Shown here: positions 1-9,209 of the stretch, in pieces
Layout of the letters: every line of letters begins with the position of its first letter
Numbering within the stretch: position 1 is the first letter of the stretch
Source of the DNA: Bacteroidales bacterium
GTDB taxonomy: Bacteria; Bacteroidota; Bacteroidia; Bacteroidales; VadinHA17
Length of the DNA stretch: 64,000 nt
Direction: 5' to 3'
Assembly (NCBI GenBank): GCA_025358455.1
Contig: JANYJP010000118.1
Location: 13,906-77,905, forward strand
Notes under the pieces: model-generated
The model's database searches: none
What the model was told of the DNA's origin: nothing
Seen by the model: the letters and a program-made list of their open reading frames with translations, nothing else
Translations under genes and position numbers: made by a program

Positions 1-254
1 TTATTTGGGTAAGAACATGATTTGATATATTCAAAGATATCTTCGGGTGTTGCCACTGCCATCGTTTCAGCAGTCGGGTATTTCTGCATTAATGCCGGAG
101 TTATCATATTGACTCTCTTGTCGGTACACTGGGCAGACAGAATAGTAGCAACAATAAGCCCATATGGATCATGGTAGGTCAACTCTGTTTCAGGTGCTGG
201 TTGTGTAAGCTGGAAATATTCTAAAGTGAGTTTAAATCTTTCCTTTGCAGTCAT
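1..254 (-). CDS. nth: Endonuclease III (Nth), N-terminal part; 3' end of the gene lies outside the window
   Basis: My translation of the minus strand from ATG at 254-252: MTAKERFKLTLEYFQLTQPAPETELTYHDPYGLIVATILSAQCTDKRVNMITPALMQKYP... This matches the conserved Nth N-terminus (ELxxxxPFxLLIAxxLSAQxTDxxVN). Open to the window edge. Not in the ORF track. Confidence 0.8.
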   Translation of the reverse strand, partial: MTAKERFKLTLEYFQLTQPAPETELTYHDPYGLIVATILSAQCTDKRVNMITPALMQKYPTAETMAVATPEDIFEYIKSCSYPN

Positions 255-292
255 GGAATTTAAAAAAATAGTGTTGGTAAGGTAACACTTTT

Positions 293-300
293 TATCTTTG
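293..300 (+). promoter_or_regulatory. Bacteroidota-type -7 box TATCTTTG upstream of the ABC-F gene
   Basis: Exact TAnnTTTG match 20 nt upstream of ATG 321, in a divergent intergenic region. Confidence 0.4.
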
Positions 301-320
301 CACAATATTGATAGTTTATT

Positions 321-2192
321 ATGATAAGTTACCTGCAGGTTGAAAATATTGCCAGACGAATCGGAGATAATCTTCTGTTTGAAAATATTAGTCTCAATGT
401 AAACAAAGATGATAAAGTAGCACTGATAGCTGTGAATGGTGCAGGAAAATCATCCTTACTCGAAATACTGGCCGGGAAAGAGAGTCCTGATGCCGGTTCA
501 CTCAGCATCAAGCGTGATTTGCGGATTGCTTATCTTCAACAGTCGCCTGTGTTAAATGAATCAAACAAAATAATTGATGAACTCTTCTCTACCGACAGTG
601 AGCTCGTGAAAGTGATCAGGGAATATGAGGAATGTGTTCTTTCAGGCAATCATGAAATGCTCAATGTGATGGTACAGAGAATGGATGATCACAAAGCCTG
701 GGATTATGATGTAGCAGTGAAACAGATAATGTTCAAACTTAAGCTGACCGACCTGAATGCAGTAATCGGAAAGCTTTCCGGTGGACAGAAGAAAAGAGTT
801 GCTCTCGCTAAAGTTCTTGTTGAGGATTCAGACCTCCTTATTCTTGATGAACCAACAAACCATCTTGATCTTGATATGATCGAGTGGCTTGAGGAATACC
901 TGATGAAGTCAAATAAAACCCTTCTGATGGTCACCCACGACCGATATTTTCTTGACAGGGTATGTAATGTCATTCTTGAATTATCAGATAACGAGATATA
1001 CAGGTACGAGGGAAATTATGAATATTTTCTTGAGAAAAAGCAAAGCCGCGAATATTCGGCAAAAATGAATACCGAAAAAGCGCGTAACCTTCTGAAGACA
1101 GAACTGGATTGGATGAGGCGAATGCCAAAAGCGCGACGTCATAAAGCAAAATCAAGGATTGAATCATTTTATGATATAAAAGAAAGGGCCGCAAACAGAC
1201 CTGAAGAGAAAAGCATAAATATTAACGTTAACATTTCAAGGATGGGGAAAAAGATCCTTGAAATAAAAAATGTCAGCAAATCATATGGAGATAAAGTACT
1301 TCTGAAAGACTTTACATACCTTTTTAACAGGTTCGAAAAAGCCGGACTGATAGGCCGGAACGGTACCGGAAAAACCACACTTCTGAATATCATAACCGGA
1401 TTGACGGAACCCGATAAAGGTACCGTCGATAAGGGCGAAACGGTAGTTTTCGGATATTACAGACAGGATGGTATTAAGTTTGATGACAATATGACTGTGA
1501 TCGATGCGGTGAAGGATATTGCTGAACAGGTTACAATAAGTGATGGCAGTGTTCTCTCAATTACCCAGTTCATGAATTATTTTTTATTCCCCCCTGAAAA
1601 GCAATATACTTTGATCAGAAAATTGTCAGGGGGAGAGAAAAGGCGATTGTATCTTCTCACTGTTCTGATGAAGAATCCGAACTTTTTGATTCTTGATGAG
1701 CCTACTAATGATCTTGATATACTTACACTTAATGTTCTGGAGGAATACCTTGCCGGTTTCATGGGTTGCGTGATTGTTGTTTCACATGACAGGTATTTCA
1801 TGGATAAGGTAGTTGATCATATCTTTGAGTATAAAGGAGATGGTATAATTAAAGATTTTCCCGGAAATTATACTCAGTTAAGGGAAAAGCAAACAGCCAT
1901 GGAAAAGAGGGCTCCTGCAGTCAAGCCTGTAAAAAACTCAAATTATGAAATATCAGAGCCTCCTGAAAAAAAGGAAAAGAAAACAGGTCTGACATTCAAA
2001 GAGAAAAAAGAATTCGAAATTCTTACAGCTGATATTGAAAATCTCGAAGCAGAAAAAAACCGGATTGAGACTGAAATGAGCAATGGTTCCTTAAGCCCCG
2101 ACGAATTATATACAATATCTCTTCGACATGGAGAAATTATGAAAATATTGGATGACAAGGAGTTAAGGTGGCTGGAGTTAAGCGAGAAATAA
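321..2192 (+). CDS. ABC-F family ATPase (Uup/EttA-like, two ABC cassettes plus charged C-terminal coiled coil)
   Basis: Two Walker A motifs (GVNGAGKSS, GRNGTGKTT) and two signature motifs (LSGGQKKR, LSGGEKRR). No TM segments. K/E-rich C-terminal tail. Confidence 0.9.
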   Translation: MISYLQVENIARRIGDNLLFENISLNVNKDDKVALIAVNGAGKSSLLEILAGKESPDAGSLSIKRDLRIAYLQQSPVLNESNKIIDELFSTDSELVKVIREYEECVLSGNHEMLNVMVQRMDDHKAWDYDVAVKQIMFKLKLTDLNAVIGKLSGGQKKRVALAKVLVEDSDLLILDEPTNHLDLDMIEWLEEYLMKSNKTLLMVTHDRYFLDRVCNVILELSDNEIYRYEGNYEYFLEKKQSREYSAKMNTEKARNLLKTELDWMRRMPKARRHKAKSRIESFYDIKERAANRPEEKSININVNISRMGKKILEIKNVSKSYGDKVLLKDFTYLFNRFEKAGLIGRNGTGKTTLLNIITGLTEPDKGTVDKGETVVFGYYRQDGIKFDDNMTVIDAVKDIAEQVTISDGSVLSITQFMNYFLFPPEKQYTLIRKLSGGEKRRLYLLTVLMKNPNFLILDEPTNDLDILTLNVLEEYLAGFMGCVIVVSHDRYFMDKVVDHIFEYKGDGIIKDFPGNYTQLREKQTAMEKRAPAVKPVKNSNYEISEPPEKKEKKTGLTFKEKKEFEILTADIENLEAEKNRIETEMSNGSLSPDELYTISLRHGEIMKILDDKELRWLELSEK

Positions 2193-2270
2193 TAGATAAT
2201 TTACATTAATGCAAAATAAATGCTTAATAAGAACAGAATTTATAACTTTATCATTCAATAGTTTACTCAG

Positions 2271-3308
2271 TTGGAAAAGATAACCATTTATACTCCCGGG
2301 TCCGCATCAGAAATACTGGTAGGAGAGAACTGGGAATCTGTAAAAAAATTACTGCCGGAAAATGGGGTGGTAATAATTACTGATGATAATGTGAATCATC
2401 TTTATGGTCAGCGTTTTCCTGGATTTCCCGTTTTCTCGGTTTTGCCCGGGGAGGATAGCAAAAAGCTGGAAATAGTTGAACATCTGGCCGAAAAACTTCT
2501 TAAAGAAGGAATCGATCGTAACGGATTTGTACTGGCAATAGGCGGAGGTGTTGTTTGCGATTTAGCAGGGTTCCTTGCCTCGATATATATGCGTGGCATC
2601 AGGTGCGGATATGTTTCTACAAGCTTATTGTCGCAGGTTGATGCCAGTACCGGTGGGAAAAACGGGGTGAATCTGGGCGGTACAAAAAATATCCTTGGTA
2701 ATATAAAGCAGCCCGAATTTGTTATTTGTGATCCTTCCCTGATGAAAACACTTCCTGTTCAGGAATATTTATCAGGACTTGCTGAACTAATTAAAACAGC
2801 TGTAATCGGAGATGCTGATCTGTTTATTATGATTGAACAGAATTACAGGGAAATTATGAACAGGGATTATGATCTTCTTACAACTCTTATAACAAGGTCA
2901 GTAAAATTCAAAGCTGCAGTGGTTTCAGAAGATGAAAAGGAAACCGGACTAAGGCGCGTACTGAATTTTGGTCATACTTATGGACATGCAATTGAGATGC
3001 AAGTATCTGTTAAGCATGGTTTTGCAGTCGCATCTGGCATGGAGCTCGCTACAGAATTTTCATTTGAAAAAGAACTTTTACCAGCATCTGAAAAGGAGAA
3101 GATAATTAGTCTTCTTAATAAATTTGGACTGATTGTTAATCATAAGATTCCCGATGATCAGATTGAACAGCTTATTCTTCATGATAAAAAGAAATCAGGA
3201 ACTGATATTAATTTTGTTTTTATTGAAGCTATCGGAAAAGCGGCAGTTATAAAAGTGAAGGTGGGTGAGGTTATAGATTTTTATAAAAGATTCAGAGACA
3301 AAAAATAA
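2271..3308 (+). CDS. aroB: 3-dehydroquinate synthase
   Basis: 345 aa. GGGVVCDLAGF glycine-rich NAD loop and the NFGHTYGHAIE metal-binding region typical of AroB. The start as given is TTG; no upstream in-frame ATG. Confidence 0.9.
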   Translation: MEKITIYTPGSASEILVGENWESVKKLLPENGVVIITDDNVNHLYGQRFPGFPVFSVLPGEDSKKLEIVEHLAEKLLKEGIDRNGFVLAIGGGVVCDLAGFLASIYMRGIRCGYVSTSLLSQVDASTGGKNGVNLGGTKNILGNIKQPEFVICDPSLMKTLPVQEYLSGLAELIKTAVIGDADLFIMIEQNYREIMNRDYDLLTTLITRSVKFKAAVVSEDEKETGLRRVLNFGHTYGHAIEMQVSVKHGFAVASGMELATEFSFEKELLPASEKEKIISLLNKFGLIVNHKIPDDQIEQLILHDKKKSGTDINFVFIEAIGKAAVIKVKVGEVIDFYKRFRDKK

Positions 3309-3313
3309 TAAAA

Positions 3314-4309
3314 ATGAATTCTTTCGGAGTTAATTTCAGAATTTCTCTATTTGGAGAATCGCATGGTCCGGCTATCGGTGTGATTGTAGATGGTTGCCCT
3401 CCCGGAATACCTATTATTCAGGAGGATTTTATGACAGACCTCATGAGAAGGCAGAGCGGGAGCAAAGGCACAACAAAACGGAAGGAACCCGATCTTCCTG
3501 AAATTATCAGTGGCGTTTTGGATGGAGTAACAACCGGAGCTCCGGTTGCTTTGATGACCAGGAATAGTGATAAAATATCATCAGATTACGACGAATTCAG
3601 AAATGTCCCGCGACCCGGACACGCAGATTTTGTTTCCAGAATAAAATTCTCAGGTTTTTCTGATATACGCGGAAGTGGTCATTTTTCAGGAAGGATAACG
3701 TGGGGTTTGGTAGCTGCCGGTGTGATCGCTAAAAAAATCACCGCATCAATGTCAATTTCAGCAAAACTTATTTCTGCCGGGGGGTCTGAGGATATTGAGA
3801 AAGCTGTTAATGAGGCAATCGCCTCAAATGACACTATTGGAGGGATTATTGAATGCAGTGTTAAACATCCTCCTCTTGCCTTAGGCGAGCCTTTCTTCTA
3901 TTCTCTGGAATCTGCATTGAGTCATATTATTTTTTCAATACCTGCCATAAAAGGTATTGAATTCGGCGTTGGTTTTGCTGCAGCATCAATGAGAGGATCG
4001 GTTCATAACGATTCTTTTGTCGATAGCAATGGAAAAACATCCTCAAATAATGCCGGTGGGATAAATGGAGGAATTTCAAACGGGAATGAAATTATTTTCA
4101 GAATGGTTGTAAAGCCAACTTCATCAACAGGCACAGATCAGACTACTTTTAATTTTAAGGAGGGAAAAATGACTACTCTCAAAGTGAAAGGCAGACATGA
4201 CACATGTATAGCATTAAGGATGCCGGTAATAGTTGAGGCTGCTACCGCAATTGTTCTGGCGGATCTGATTCTTACAGACAGGGGCATTCATGGAACAAGA
4301 AAGATGTAA
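3314..4309 (+). CDS. aroC: Chorismate synthase
   Basis: N-terminus FRISLFGESHGPAIGVIVDGCPPG plus RPGHADF and GRHD motifs. Located 5 nt after aroB. Confidence 0.9.
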   Translation: MNSFGVNFRISLFGESHGPAIGVIVDGCPPGIPIIQEDFMTDLMRRQSGSKGTTKRKEPDLPEIISGVLDGVTTGAPVALMTRNSDKISSDYDEFRNVPRPGHADFVSRIKFSGFSDIRGSGHFSGRITWGLVAAGVIAKKITASMSISAKLISAGGSEDIEKAVNEAIASNDTIGGIIECSVKHPPLALGEPFFYSLESALSHIIFSIPAIKGIEFGVGFAAASMRGSVHNDSFVDSNGKTSSNNAGGINGGISNGNEIIFRMVVKPTSSTGTDQTTFNFKEGKMTTLKVKGRHDTCIALRMPVIVEAATAIVLADLILTDRGIHGTRKM

Positions 4310-4341
4310 TTTTTTGTACTCACCTGGATATTGGTGAATGG

Positions 4342-5700
4342 TTATTTTATTCGTTTAATTACCATGGCTTTTTTAATTGAATAAATTATCAAAGCCTTTT
4401 TTGTTGATCTGGTTATTTTAAACCGGTTGTCAATTCTGTCTCCGATTATCCAAACTATTTTTCCATCCGACTCAAGGATTAATATATTTTCTTTATCAAG
4501 GATGGAATATTTTCTGTCGATAAAATAGTCACTCAGCTTTTTTTTCTGTTTCATTCCGAGTGGATAGAAATAGTCTCCAGCTTTCCATTTTCTGATTATA
4601 AGTGGAAAAAGAAGCTTTTCAGAGTCAATGCTGGCGATCGCGGGATCTGAAGGAATTTCGTAGATATCTGATACCTGTACATATCCGGCTTTCTGAATCC
4701 CTGGAACCTTTTTAAATTCTGCCACATCTTTGACGATGAAAGAAACATCAGTTCTGATTTCTTCATGCGATACGATTAGCTCCAGCCTGTTTTTTATAAT
4801 CCTGTGAGAATTGGTAAATAGCTGACCGCCTGTTTTTCCGTTAATAACTTTCAGCAGATCATTAAGCTGGGAATTAGCAATACCAAATGGTTTAAAAAGC
4901 TCAAAAAGGATAGCTTTGTTATGCAGATGAGTTTTTAAAGGGCTGATATTAAATACTATAATTTCACCCTTATGCTCAGTTATATTGTCTCTTAACCTGG
5001 TAATATATTCTGATACTATCTCATTTATCCCAATAAACCTTTCAGCAGTGTCGTTAAGCGTTGTTTCAATGGACGGGTTGATTTCTTTAAGAACCGGAAG
5101 TATAAGATGTCTGATTTTGTTCCTTACAAACTTTGTATCCGCATTTGATTTGTCTTCCCGGTATCTGATACTATTTTGATTACAATAAGTTATAATATCC
5201 TGCCGTGATGCGAATAGCAATGGTCGTATGATCCTGTTACTTACAATTTTCATTCCTGATAACCCTGCCAGTCCTGTTCCTCTCGTAAGGTTAATTATCA
5301 GGGTTTCAATATTATCATTAAGGTTATGTGCAACAGCAATTAAATCGTAATTGTTCTCTTTCCTGATTTCTTCAAACCAGGCATATCTTAAATCCCTGGC
5401 TGCCATCTCAATGGAAATCCCGTTAGTTCTGGCATAAACCTTAGTTTCAAAACGGGTGGAAAAGAAAGTTAAATTATTTTCATCAGCAAATTCGTGCACC
5501 AGTTTCTCATCCTTATCGGATTCCTTACCCCGCAATGAGAAATTGCAGTGAAGTATTCCTGTTTCATAACCCAACTTAAGAAAGAGATGGGCCATTACCA
5601 TTGAATCAATGCCACCGCTTACTGCAAGCAGAATTCTATCGTTGGGGTTTATTACGTTGTTTTCAGCAATAAATTTTTTGAAATCAATAAACATATTCAA
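4342..5700 (-). CDS. tilS: tRNA(Ile)-lysidine synthase
   Basis: PP-loop SGGIDSMV near the N-terminus. 452 aa with a TilS-type C-terminal domain. Confidence 0.9.
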   Translation of the reverse strand: MNMFIDFKKFIAENNVINPNDRILLAVSGGIDSMVMAHLFLKLGYETGILHCNFSLRGKESDKDEKLVHEFADENNLTFFSTRFETKVYARTNGISIEMAARDLRYAWFEEIRKENNYDLIAVAHNLNDNIETLIINLTRGTGLAGLSGMKIVSNRIIRPLLFASRQDIITYCNQNSIRYREDKSNADTKFVRNKIRHLILPVLKEINPSIETTLNDTAERFIGINEIVSEYITRLRDNITEHKGEIIVFNISPLKTHLHNKAILFELFKPFGIANSQLNDLLKVINGKTGGQLFTNSHRIIKNRLELIVSHEEIRTDVSFIVKDVAEFKKVPGIQKAGYVQVSDIYEIPSDPAIASIDSEKLLFPLIIRKWKAGDYFYPLGMKQKKKLSDYFIDRKYSILDKENILILESDGKIVWIIGDRIDNRFKITRSTKKALIIYSIKKAMVIKRIK

Positions 5701-5713
5701 TGATATAGATGTG

Positions 5714-5721
5714 CAAAAATA
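5714..5721 (-). promoter_or_regulatory. -7 box (TATTTTTG on minus strand) for tilS
   Basis: Plus strand reads CAAAAATA, an exact reverse complement of TAnnTTTG, 14 nt upstream of the tilS ATG. Confidence 0.4.
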
Positions 5722-5751
5722 ATAAAAGGTATCCTTTCGGTGGATACCTTT
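5714..5751 (-). terminator. Intrinsic terminator of the peroxiredoxin gene
   Basis: Perfect 9-bp stem AAGGTATCC / GGATACCTT (5726-5734 and 5742-5750) with a 7-nt loop. On the minus strand it is followed by a T-rich run (TTTTATTATTTTTG). Confidence 0.6.
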
Positions 5752-5772
5752 GTATGAAAATATTAAGTAATA

Positions 5773-6405
5773 TTATTTTTTTGACAAATATTTTGCCACA
5801 CCCTCCTGAGTTGCTTTCATAGCTTTATCTCCTTTGTGCCAGTCGGCCGGACAGACCTCTCCGTTTTCTTCAAAGAACTGCAGGGCATCAACCATTCTGA
5901 GTGTTTCGGAAACACTTCTTCCAAGTGGCATGTCATTGACAACCTGATGTCTTACAATGCCTTCTTTATCGATAAGAAACAACCCTCTGTAAGCCATTGG
6001 GGTACCTTTAAACATAACATCCCCCTCTTCGGAATACTCATAATTTCCGGCCAGAACATCATAATTCTCCGATATTGTCTTCGAGAGATCAGAAACAAGA
6101 GTATATTTTACACTCTTTATGCCTCCCTGATTTAGTTCAGTCTGCAGCCATTTCCAATGAGAATGCTGTGAATCAACTGAACAGCCAACTACTATAACAT
6201 TTCTTTCCTCAAATTCTTTAATTCGTTCCTGAAAAGCAAGTAGTTCAGTAGGACAAACAAAAGTAAAATCTGCAGGATAAAAGAAAAATACTACATACTT
6301 TTTCCCAAGGTATTTCTCAAGCGAGAATCCTTCCACAATTTCACCACCATTTATAACTGCAACTGCAGAAAATGAGGGAGCCTTTTTTCCAACTAATACT
6401 GACAT
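5773..6405 (-). CDS. Typical 2-Cys peroxiredoxin (AhpC/Prx1 family)
   Basis: Peroxidatic motif FTFVCPTE and resolving-Cys motif GEVCPADW. 210 aa. Confidence 0.9.
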   Translation of the reverse strand: MSVLVGKKAPSFSAVAVINGGEIVEGFSLEKYLGKKYVVFFFYPADFTFVCPTELLAFQERIKEFEERNVIVVGCSVDSQHSHWKWLQTELNQGGIKSVKYTLVSDLSKTISENYDVLAGNYEYSEEGDVMFKGTPMAYRGLFLIDKEGIVRHQVVNDMPLGRSVSETLRMVDALQFFEENGEVCPADWHKGDKAMKATQEGVAKYLSKK

Positions 6406-6490
6406 AATCCAAATATATATTAATTATTAATTTATACGCGATGTTACATTATACCTTAAGGATATGACAAAGATTTCTTCCGATTGTTCA

Positions 6491-8431
6491 TTACCGGTAA
6501 GGAATAATGGAAGGCGGTCCTGAATCAAAGTTATTTGGTCTCAGAAGTTGTTCTCCGGAGAAAGTTACATAGTTAATCCTTGAATATCGCGGTGGATTGG
6601 GAAAGAATCCTAACCTTAGCTGGAAGGTGTTTAATACCAGGTTGTCGTTTCTGATCCTGATCCCCATTCCAATTCCGGAGAGTGAAGTCCCTTTTTCATA
6701 AACCTGGTTTGGTCCGTTGAGAGAAGAGAAGTCGGCGAATCCGAAAAATGCGAATCTGAAACCATACAAATTTACCGGACTGAATAGTACAGATTCCAGG
6801 CTTAGACATAATCTGCGAGTACCGTTAACAGAGTCATTTCTAAAACCGGAGAAACCATTTTCGTTATAGTAGATAAGATGCTCATCTCTGTTCCTGTCAA
6901 ATCCACGCGTATATTCAAATGCTATGAAATTCCTTATTCTGTTCTTTCCCAGGGTTATAAGATTTGAGAAATATTTCATTCGTATTGAGAGGATTCCTTG
7001 TTCTGTACGCTGATTGTTAAAAAAAGTTGCAAATCCGGCTGAAGTGTATAAATAGCCAACCCGGTTAATTGATTTACCTAATGAAATTTCAGTCCCGAGG
7101 TAAGAACGATTTTTGAATTCATTAACCTCTTTACCCACAGTCACTTTGAATAATGCTCCATATGGAATATCTTCGGTACGCCCATAGCTGTAAATCAGGT
7201 TTGTCTTATAATATTTTTGTATGGAAAGGGCGGCTGACCCAAGTAATATTCTGTATTTCTGTAGGTTATAATAAGAATCAGCCAGAATTATTGGCTTGGC
7301 AAACACGTTATTATTTAAGTACCTGGCTCCAATAATGATTCTTGTTACCGTCTCCCTGTTCAGAAGAAAGGACCTTGCTATCCAGTAGTCCTGCAAATTA
7401 TATTTTAAAGGTTCCGGAACAGGAAGAGTATCCAGGTCAATTGAAGTATACATTTGTTTTACAGAAATTCCACCTGCATATTTTGTTGTTGAGCTCACAA
7501 GTTTGCGGCTCAGATTGAAGCCATATGTTCTTTCACCCAGGCCGTTTCGATAATAGATATTCAGGTTAATGAACGATTTGGCAATATTATCAACAAGGTA
7601 ATGAGCACCAAATCCGGGTGAATTAACTTTCCTGCTGTCAAAAGGCATCTCAATTCCAATTTCATGACCTATTCCGAGAATATTCTTTTCAAAAATCTCA
7701 ACGGATCCTTTTTTAAGACCCCCGTAATTATACGAACCACCTAATGAATATACATCCTTTGTAAGGACTATAATATCTGCCCCGCCATCAGGCTCCGGCA
7801 CAACAATAATCCTTGCATCATCAATAAATGAGAGTTGTCTTAATATCCTCTCATTATCGCTGAGTGTTAAAGGAGATATCGTATCACCCACTGAAAACAG
7901 AAGATTCTTTCTGATAATATTTTCATTAGTATTAACGTGGGTATTATTAAATAAGTTTTCAATTTTACTGGGGTTATTTAAAGCCGGATTATTAACGTTT
8001 GCTCCAAAAACATCCAATCTTTTAATTTCTATTCTCAGGATCTTCATTCCTGAAAAGTTCATATAGCTTATTTCTCCCGAACCAGTGATCGGTTTTTTGA
8101 TGCTTGTATCGTGCCTGACAATTACAAAGTCGTAGAGCTTCTTCATAAGTATTTTCTTAGAAGCCCTGGCCTTTAAAGAATCGTAGAAGACCAGATTTTT
8201 ATCTGTTGCGATTATACCTGGCTGTATATGGGATAATTGAAGATTAAAAAGAGTATCACTTAAAAGTATTGCTCCAATATTCTTATTCGGAATAAAAGAC
8301 CCTGGTAAAACTTTCTTTATAGAGTCGTTTTTAGAATGATTTTGGGAATTAACACGGTTACAAAATAGCAGGAGTGCCGTAAATAGCAGAGGACTAAAAG
8401 ATCTGGTGTAGTGTACTCGAAATATGTGCAT
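6491..8431 (-). CDS. Omp85/BamA/TamA-family outer-membrane protein (signal peptide, POTRA-like segment, surface-antigen barrel)
   Basis: N-terminal signal peptide. POTRA-like segment IIRKNLLFSVGDTISPLTLSDNERILRQLSFIDDARIIVVPEP. Gly/aromatic-rich beta-strand repeats with GIGMGIRIRN...LRLGF near the C-terminus. Confidence 0.65.
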   Translation of the reverse strand: MHIFRVHYTRSFSPLLFTALLLFCNRVNSQNHSKNDSIKKVLPGSFIPNKNIGAILLSDTLFNLQLSHIQPGIIATDKNLVFYDSLKARASKKILMKKLYDFVIVRHDTSIKKPITGSGEISYMNFSGMKILRIEIKRLDVFGANVNNPALNNPSKIENLFNNTHVNTNENIIRKNLLFSVGDTISPLTLSDNERILRQLSFIDDARIIVVPEPDGGADIIVLTKDVYSLGGSYNYGGLKKGSVEIFEKNILGIGHEIGIEMPFDSRKVNSPGFGAHYLVDNIAKSFINLNIYYRNGLGERTYGFNLSRKLVSSTTKYAGGISVKQMYTSIDLDTLPVPEPLKYNLQDYWIARSFLLNRETVTRIIIGARYLNNNVFAKPIILADSYYNLQKYRILLGSAALSIQKYYKTNLIYSYGRTEDIPYGALFKVTVGKEVNEFKNRSYLGTEISLGKSINRVGYLYTSAGFATFFNNQRTEQGILSIRMKYFSNLITLGKNRIRNFIAFEYTRGFDRNRDEHLIYYNENGFSGFRNDSVNGTRRLCLSLESVLFSPVNLYGFRFAFFGFADFSSLNGPNQVYEKGTSLSGIGMGIRIRNDNLVLNTFQLRLGFFPNPPRYSRINYVTFSGEQLLRPNNFDSGPPSIIPYR

Positions 8432-9141
8432 CAGGTTTCTTGAGGATTGCTTATAAGTACATCATCGGAATTAAACTGAAATCCCAGACGTTTCCCTGTC
8501 ATCACCCTGGAATGCTGAATTTTTGCTTCAGCCTGACCAACGGTAGCGATTTTTACCGCGTCATATGGCGGTACAAGAAGATCAAATTCCAGTGCATATT
8601 GAATTGCTGTAGAGATTATTACCTGTAATGATTGTTTGGATATTTCTTCATTTCCATAATTTGTAAACAACATTCCCATTTGTCTTTTTCCTTCAACGAA
8701 ATACTGTTTCTGATGGTTAATGAAGATCCTCGCTATCAGATACCCCAGATCATCCTGACGGGAATATTTAAATGAGTCGGCCAGAAAGTTATAAATATTG
8801 ATAATTCCGGAATATGCATTGAACTTGTTCTTTTGAATATAGGCAGTTTTCCAGGCGGGATGTTCCCTGTCGAACTGAAAGATGTTGGAGTGCATGCTGA
8901 ATAGCAGTATATCGCCGGCTACTTTTATCTGGGCATCAAAATTGCTTCTGTCTGTATATTCCAGTCTTATTCTGGAATCAATACCAACTAAATTTGAATT
9001 AACCTCTTTGCATAAATTTTTGAGGACATCCTTAACATTACAGAAGGCTTCAAGTGTATTATCAAATACCTTCTGTTTAAGAATGGATTTTTCTTTCAGA
9101 GTTCCGATTATTGCCAGTTTTTTGTCATTCTGATCAACCAT
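8431..9141 (-). CDS. Hypothetical cytoplasmic-looking protein, function unknown; translationally coupled to the Omp85-like gene
   Basis: 236-aa ORF with ordinary composition. No signal peptide or TM segment seen. Its TGA overlaps the downstream ATG (TGATG on minus strand at 8429-8433). Confidence 0.55.
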   Translation of the reverse strand: MVDQNDKKLAIIGTLKEKSILKQKVFDNTLEAFCNVKDVLKNLCKEVNSNLVGIDSRIRLEYTDRSNFDAQIKVAGDILLFSMHSNIFQFDREHPAWKTAYIQKNKFNAYSGIINIYNFLADSFKYSRQDDLGYLIARIFINHQKQYFVEGKRQMGMLFTNYGNEEISKQSLQVIISTAIQYALEFDLLVPPYDAVKIATVGQAEAKIQHSRVMTGKRLGFQFNSDDVLISNPQET

Positions 9142-9209
9142 GATTAGTAATTGTTAAGACAACTAAATTAGTAAATTGTGACAATATTGGTATTAATACA
9201 ACTAAATTG

